DNA of 64,000 bases from contig NW_015176014.1 of NCBI RefSeq assembly GCF_001447785.1, positions 1 through 64,000 on the forward strand. The letters run 5' to 3'. Below are positions 57,538 through 64,000 of the stretch, one piece after another. Numbering within the stretch: position 1 is the first letter of the stretch; each line of letters opens with the position of its first letter. A model generated the notes under the pieces. The model saw only the letters and a program-made list of their open reading frames with translations. It was not told the origin of the DNA and did no database searches. Both the position numbers and the translations under genes were made by a program. The stretch is from Gekko japonicus (taxonomy: Eukaryota).

Positions 57538-60500
57538 GTTAGCATTAGCACTATCTCTAAAAATGCTGGCTCAAGGATGTTGCCTCCCACAGTTATGCTT
57601 TTCTCCCGAAGAGCTGGGTGTCTTAGACCAGATTGAATGTTCACCTGCTCTTCTTACAAGAGCTAGGCTCAGGATCAAACATTTTGAATTACTGTCCAAT
57701 TAATCATAATTTCCAGTGGGATAGCAATGTTAGTATATTGCAAATATAAAGCAAATAGTTGAAAGACTAATGGTTTTAGAGACTGAGCCTAAGTGAGCCT
57801 ATTCCAAATCCATCTCAGGTGTACTAACAGGGGTTTATGCCCAGGAAAATATTGTAGGATTACACTGTTACTGTGGTATAAACTTTCTTGATCCAGAACC
57901 TACTTCAAGAAATGCAGACTATCAGAATAGTCCTCCTTGAGATGACTTAGATGCAGATCTACTGGGAAACACATTTGAACAAACAACATTGTTGTTCCCT
58001 ATGGAAGCAGTATCATTTGTCCCTTTAACAACATCTCAAATAATCCTAGCAGTTTACTGCAGAAGGATACTTCAGAAAAAGGACTACAGCTCCCAGCATC
58101 CTTTGTAGTACAGGTGAGGCATAGGGTGTGGTCTGACTGCAAGCACGGAAGGAATTTTGGAGAAGTTTCTGAGGCAGCATTAAGAGTGTTTAATTTTGTG
58201 TTAAAACACAAGAAGTTACAAGGTCAGTGATGCTTGAGAGCGTGGGATATTTTTGGTGGGTGGGATTGTGAAACAGCTGTTTCTTTTATGTTGTAAACTT
58301 TGAAATGTTCTGTTACATTTTGCCATTTCCTGTGTCAGATCAGTGACCTGCAGCTATGTCCTGAATGAAGGTTGGGGGACTGATTCTCAGTCACATGGCC
58401 CAGATAGGTTAACAAAGTATAACTTTGGAGTAGGCAGGAAAAGAGTCAGATTGAACTCAGAGGACCCCATCTTAATAAGCAGTGCAGTGACTTGCTGGTG
58501 TAGACAAGTGATGTAATACACATGCCTTTCCTTCCCTTTTTCCTGCTACAAGTAGAGAGAGGCTTCTTGGGGTTCTAAAACGGCAAGTTTCTGCAGAATT
58601 GTGAACCGAAAGAAAGTGGGAATGGAAGGCAGAGTGTTTATCTTGGAGAATTAGGGGGGGAAGTCATTGTCAAATGACAACATGAAGGCTTCAGTCTACA
58701 GTTCTTATCCTTAGAAACTCTAGGCAGTTCTGCATTTTAAGGGTTAATTTATTCCAACCCGTACTTAGCATTTTATGCTATCTGAGATGTAATGGCTCCT
58801 GCATACTAAAGAGAGTACAGAGACCTACCCATTATGATGAAAAACAACAGAGCTACATCAGTTATACCAATATTTCAGATACAAGAAAGTACAACATGAT
58901 TTTAAAGCCAGTCCTGCAATGGGGGAGGGGACAGTTTTTGATTGAGAGGAGGTGATGCCCCACCTTATCAAAGTCATCAGTTCGAACTGTTCTGCAAGCA
59001 GTGCTCTGATCCCAAAGATATTCACTTGAAAAGAAGTACCAGCAATTTAAATACATTTCCTTGGCAGTCAATATGGATCCCAGCTTTAGTGTAAGAAAGC
59101 AGACTTGGGGCATGGGAGGTGGTAGAGCAAATGTGATGCCCAAAATACATCAGACAAGCTAGTTGAAAGGAGGCATTTGCAAAAAGTGCATAGAGAAGGG
59201 GGCAGGGTGGAAGATGAGAAGGCAGTCAGTAAAGACTGGCACAGCAGGGGTGGAGATCCCTGGAACACTTCCTTGGCCCTGCAGGCTAGCCTTGGGCAGG
59301 CAGCATTTCCATTGTTTCAGAAGCTGCTGCACAGAAAGGGCAAGGAAGAATGTAACATTGCCAGGAAAGTAGGATGTAGGTGCCTGTATCTAACACCGGA
59401 AGCATGAAGATTTCTATGGAGTAAAAGATCTTCTGGGTAGCCTTACGTAGGTAAGTAAGCTGCCTGTATTTGGAGGGCGGGAGCTACCAGTTACACTAAA
59501 GGCATGCAGCGTCTCTCTCGCTTTGGTACTGTAGGGTTCAACTGGCAGCGTGTGGAAAATCCTATGGGGAAATCCTCCAGTTTATCATCTGTATCACAAT
59601 CCATATTGATTGACAGTGAATTAGCTCAAATGTAAGCCTCCAGCACATTTGGTTGTAGTGGGGCTTCCAAACTGTAGCTGTGCCTTTTGGACTGGGTTTT
59701 CCTCCTTTTTGAAGGTTTCTGCACGATTGTCTAGTCCCTGACCAATATCTTGTGTTTCTATGGCTAATTTCTAAGGAGCATCATTACAAGGTGACAAAGA
59801 ACGTTAGCACTTTGGACCTCGGCTATTTCAGATATTATGAGTGCCCCATGGACAGCCCTTGAATGTGGGAAGCATGAAATTGTGCACAGATAATGATGTG
59901 ACAATCGCATGTTTCTGATTCTTTTTCTCTGTGTTGGGAATACGTGTGAGGATTGCTGAGCACAAATTCACAGACTTCCCATTCCATGTACATAGAAGGG
60001 TGTGAGCACATACAAATATTATGCATAGTGATGTATAGATTGCATAGGTTTTTTTAATACAAAAGAGTTTATCTGTGAAGAAAGTGAGAGAATAGATCCA
60101 GCCTAACTCCTTCTCTGCCTAAACGTGCTGCATAGTAGGCAAGCAAAACACTGTGAAATTCCTGAGGGCTGGGAAGAGAAGCTGAATCTGCTCTGTTTAA
60201 CTCCTTCATGTCCCGCTATAGCCAGGCCAGTAGAATTATCCATCCTTTTTATGGGACTGCCAGTCTGCATTATGAAATTGCTGCTGGGTACAGCTATTCC
60301 CATCTTTAGTCCTTACCTCTTACAAAGCAAAAAAAGAAACTGATTCTCTGTTGTTTGGCTTGGGATGGCACTACTTCCAAAACACAAAAAGAACGCAACT
60401 GACCACTTGCATGTGTAAACTATCTTGTTACATGTGCATACATTTGAAAGTGCCCTTTGCCTCATTTAGTGACTGTTACATGATAAGTGACCAGGAGCAA

Positions 60501-61490
60501 ATCCTACTCGTGGGTCCAAGACAGTTATCCCATAAGTTTGTGTGTGTGTGTGGGGGGGGGAACAGTTTCTGGAGGTAACAAATTCTCCAAAGGTGGAAAC
60601 ATTCCCAAGAATTAGACTGAAGGAGATGGGTGTGGCTATTTGCTTGGCTGCAGTAAAGACATAGCAGTCTGTTGGGCTGCTGCCAAAACAGGACAAAGCT
60701 ATTTCATTCACATGGGGGTGGGGTGGCAGCCCTGACTAGGCCAACAAATGCCTTTTGTTTGGATCAATTGGCTGGGCCTCTGAATTTTGGCAAGGAGCAA
60801 AGGGGAGCAGGGCTTGGCACTTAGGGTCTGCTTCATTACTGCTCATGCAATTCACATGCAAGTTGAAAGCTGGGGATGTTCTAATATAAAAAGTTGCTGA
60901 AGTGGAAAAGGAAATACTAAATGGTTTAGAAAGCAATGATGTCAACAAGGAAAACCTGACATTTGTTTACTACTGTTTAGTGTGTTATCCTCCCCTTCTT
61001 TTAGGGAGGTAATGGTTTTTCCCTTCTCCATTTTAGCCTCACAACAATCCTGTGAGGTAGGTTAGGCGGAAAGAGAATGACTGGCACAGATCACAAGTTT
61101 CATGGCAAGGAGAAATTCAAATGTAGGTATCTCATTCCTAGTCCAGCATTCTATCTACGATACCAGACGGGTCTAATTATACTTAATCTGGGAGGGGGAA
61201 TAAAATGGCTCCAGTATATAAAAGACTAGAAGAAAGAGAAGGCAGGTCAAATTTGATTGCAGAGCTAAAAAGCTTGAAAGTAGCAAAGGCAGCAGTTTGG
61301 GTTCCTAGCTGAGACATGAGCCCACCAATGGGAAAAGCACCTCCGACAATAAAGCACACCCAGCAGAGATATCTGCCACAAATGATTAGATCATGTTATA
61401 ATTTTGCAGGGTTTGGGGCTAGTCCACATTATATAGGGAAATGGAGGCATCCTGTGGTATTTAGAAGGACATCCAGGGCCAGCTCCAAAG

Positions 61491-61688
61491 AGGGTTGCCA
61501 GCGTCCAGGTAGGGGCTAGATTCCCCCCAGAATGACAACTGATCTCCAGATGGCAGAGATAAATTTCCCTGGAGACAAGTGGCATCTTTGGAGGGTAGAC
61601 TTTTTAGCATCACATCCCTGCTGAGCTCCCTCCCCAGGTCCCACCCCCAAATTTCCACGAATTTACCAACTCGGACTTCACAACCCTA
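61491..61688. mobile_element. hAT-like MITE (AGGGTTGCCA family)
   Basis: AGGGTTGCCA start, CAACCCTA end; related fragments at 2310-2430, 42690-42930 and 43090-43180. Confidence 0.6.
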
Positions 61689-62929
61689 GCTCCAGAGGAT
61701 GGCAAGATCAGGCATTTGCTGGACCCAAAGTTTGGCTAAGGGTCTGCTTTCCCAATGGCACCCCTATTCTGACTTCGCACAGAGCACCTGAGATAGTTAC
61801 AGGCAGTATGAGAGAATTCTGAAGTCAGCATGTTTTGCTACTTCTGTGTTAAGACAGACTACTTTTATCTTTCAAAGATTTGTTCTCTTCTAATAGTGAA
61901 GCAGTAGTCAGGGGGGATACATTAAAGTTAAAAAACAGAAAATACAAAATGCCACATTACAATCTGAATTGTGAAAGCAGCAATTAAGAATAGCATATAA
62001 CACAAAAATCTGTAATAAACAATCCATACCAATAAAAGCAGTTAAAAATCAAAAGCGTTAGCATCAAGGCCAGTAGAATAAAATTTGAGAGAAAAGTTGA
62101 GAGTGACAACAGTATGGCAGAGTTCAGATTCAGCCACCACCAAAAGATCACTGGGATTTTTTTCCCCAGAAGGCCAAGAGTGAGGGGGCAAGGAATTCTA
62201 AAAGTTGGGGTCCACTGCTGAGAAGCTCCTGCCTTCCGGTATCTTTCTAAAGGATTCTCAAAGGACTGGGGCTAGTACTGTCCTGAGTTGTAGCTAGAAC
62301 CACCAGATTATCTTTTAAAAAAAGAAAGGACACAATAGAATTACTTTGTTTGTTCTGCATTGTTGATGTAGGGTTGTGAAATAACATGTCCTTCGAAGTG
62401 GAAAAAAACATGTTGCAACTTTTGGTGAACAAAATCTTAAAGTGAAAAGTTTGCACTTGCTTGACTGTCCAGACAGGCGTCCTTAGTCTTTATCTTATGT
62501 AAACCCTGTTACAAGCACTTTCCAGTCACCCCCTGCTTCATGTTCTGCGCACCCTATCAAGCAGTTTCAGATCTCTCCTGCAACCTGCAAGGGGACAGAT
62601 TGTGGCGAGGAGACGTTTCCTGTCAGCCAGGAAGCACCAGTTGCCTTGCTTGCTTGCAGTTCAGGGCTCAAAGCAAATGAAGCGTTGGTGAGGGAGATCT
62701 TTATCAGAGCTGTTAGTGAGCCCTGCTCCCCCTCCTCCCAGAATGCAGGGGGCTAGACTCTCCTTGTACTTTGAAGCCACACCGTCTGTGCGCCTCAGGC
62801 TGTAAAAATCCGTATCACCCTGGCAACAGGTGGTGAGGGTTGTTTAGTGAACACGGAGAATCAAAAGAAACTTTAGCCTTGGTTGCTTATCTAACTCTGC
62901 TGTTGTCCAGTCTGGATTAAATAAGTAAA

Positions 62930-63150
62930 TTTGGAGACCTCCCGTCCCGTGCCCCTCCAATTTCATTCCCAGAAAGGCAGAATGGTCCTCTCTGCTTTCC
63001 CACCCCAAGGGGCGGGAAGTACACAGGCCTGGAACTAGCTGCTGTGTTTGCATTATCTGAGCATTGAAACGCCGAGCAAGGTTACTGCACCACCACACTG
63101 AACTGGAGCCTTTGTCTGGACTTTGCTTCCTTCCTCTTCCTGGTGCTTTG
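62930..63150. promoter_or_regulatory. Candidate TMC6/TMC8 promoter elements
   Basis: GC-box/ETS-like GGGGCGGGAAGT at ~63009 and clustered TTCC ETS-like motifs at 63126-63142; local CpG enrichment. Confidence 0.35.
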
Positions 63151-63503
63151 TTCACAACTGACTGGACAGCTGTTGCGTGATACAAACTTGGTATTTTGTA
63201 ATAAGTCCTGCAAGGGAAGATGGTGGGGAGGTGTTTATAGCTCTGCTTTCTTTCTTTTTACGTTCCTTGTAGTATACAGGCTTACATGTTGTGCAGGCTC
63301 CCTGCTCTTGCTTTGCTGGTCCCAGGAGTCAGCAGAAGGTCAGGTCAGTTGTCTTGACCTCAAAGTCTTGTACATTTGCTATGATGAGCCCAAGCAGTTC
63401 TCAAACAAGTAACATCAAGTGGTACTTCAATGTCTGCCTCTGAAAAATGAAGACAGAAACAAGCTGATAGATACGCAAGAGGTTGTGGATCTGAGAACTC
63501 AAG

Positions 63504-63547
63504 ATGGCCCACACACTGACCTTCACCTTTGGCCCTGAGAACGTCAG
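63504..63547 (+). CDS. TMC6: Probable first coding exon of TMC6 (EVER1); gene continues beyond the window
   Basis: aagATGG Kozak context; MAHTLTFTFGPENV resembles human TMC6 MAQPLAFILDVPET; strong phase-2 donor AG|GTAAGT; head-to-head with TMC8 as in mammals. Confidence 0.55.
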
Positions 63548-64000
63548 GTAAGTGTTACAGTTTTATGTATATTTGATGGTCAAGCTGCATTCCCACCATT
63601 TAAAACATTATTTTAAATTTTGCTTCCTCATCAGCATAAACAAACTCTGAAATTGATATATACCCAGGGCATGCTAGTTTTCTTGAAAAATCTGAACTTG
63701 AAACACATATGCTTCTGTCCTTCAAAATAAGGGAGTCAGAGTGTATTTCCAGAGATCTGAAATGTGGTGCACACATGGCTGATGACTAGAAAATTTTCCA
63801 AGGAGGATATTTCGTTTCTCAGTCTCTCTCTTTCCCACACAAAACAGTTTGTACTCCCGAGATCTGGTATGCACATAGCCTGTCTCATTACTACAGAAGT
63901 CAGCAAGGGAAACTTTCAGGTGCCTCATACTAGAAAGGGAGAGAAATCATTACAAGAATTGGTTAATACACTTCTGTGTCTCCTGGAAAGCTGAAATTGG

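Overview
Vertebrate nuclear DNA. It is squamate from its repeats (Sauria SINE, BovB-type RTE, 5S-derived SINE) and probably a gecko, given the (CTT)n-tailed Squam3-like SINEs. It covers the conserved TK1-SYNGR2-TMC8-TMC6 block. I reconstructed by hand three complete spliced CDSs, all with GT-AG introns and consistent phases: TK1 (+, 7 exons, 234 aa), SYNGR2 (-, 4 exons, 226 aa) and TMC8/EVER2 (-, 15 coding exons, 669 aa). A probable first coding exon of TMC6 (+) lies near the right edge. Most ORFs in the six-frame track are spurious or transposon-derived. The most unusual structure is a ~2.4 kb palindrome (22801-25221) that starts ~110 bp downstream of the TMC8 stop codon. It is built around a Penelope-like retroelement with a GIY-YIG remnant and an inverted pseudo-LTR, and it places a minimal hammerhead-ribozyme motif in sense with the TMC8 transcript. 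Its outermost, 100%-identical arms could partly be an assembly artefact. Other notable items: a SINE tail supplying the polypyrimidine tract of a TMC8 exon, a pure poly-C splice acceptor, a full-architecture DIRS1 element (ITRs plus ICR), an L1 > BovB > DIRS triple nest that produces a chimeric ORF, and a DIRS-like terminus flanked by a 21-bp duplication. Family assignments come from motif recognition, not database searches.
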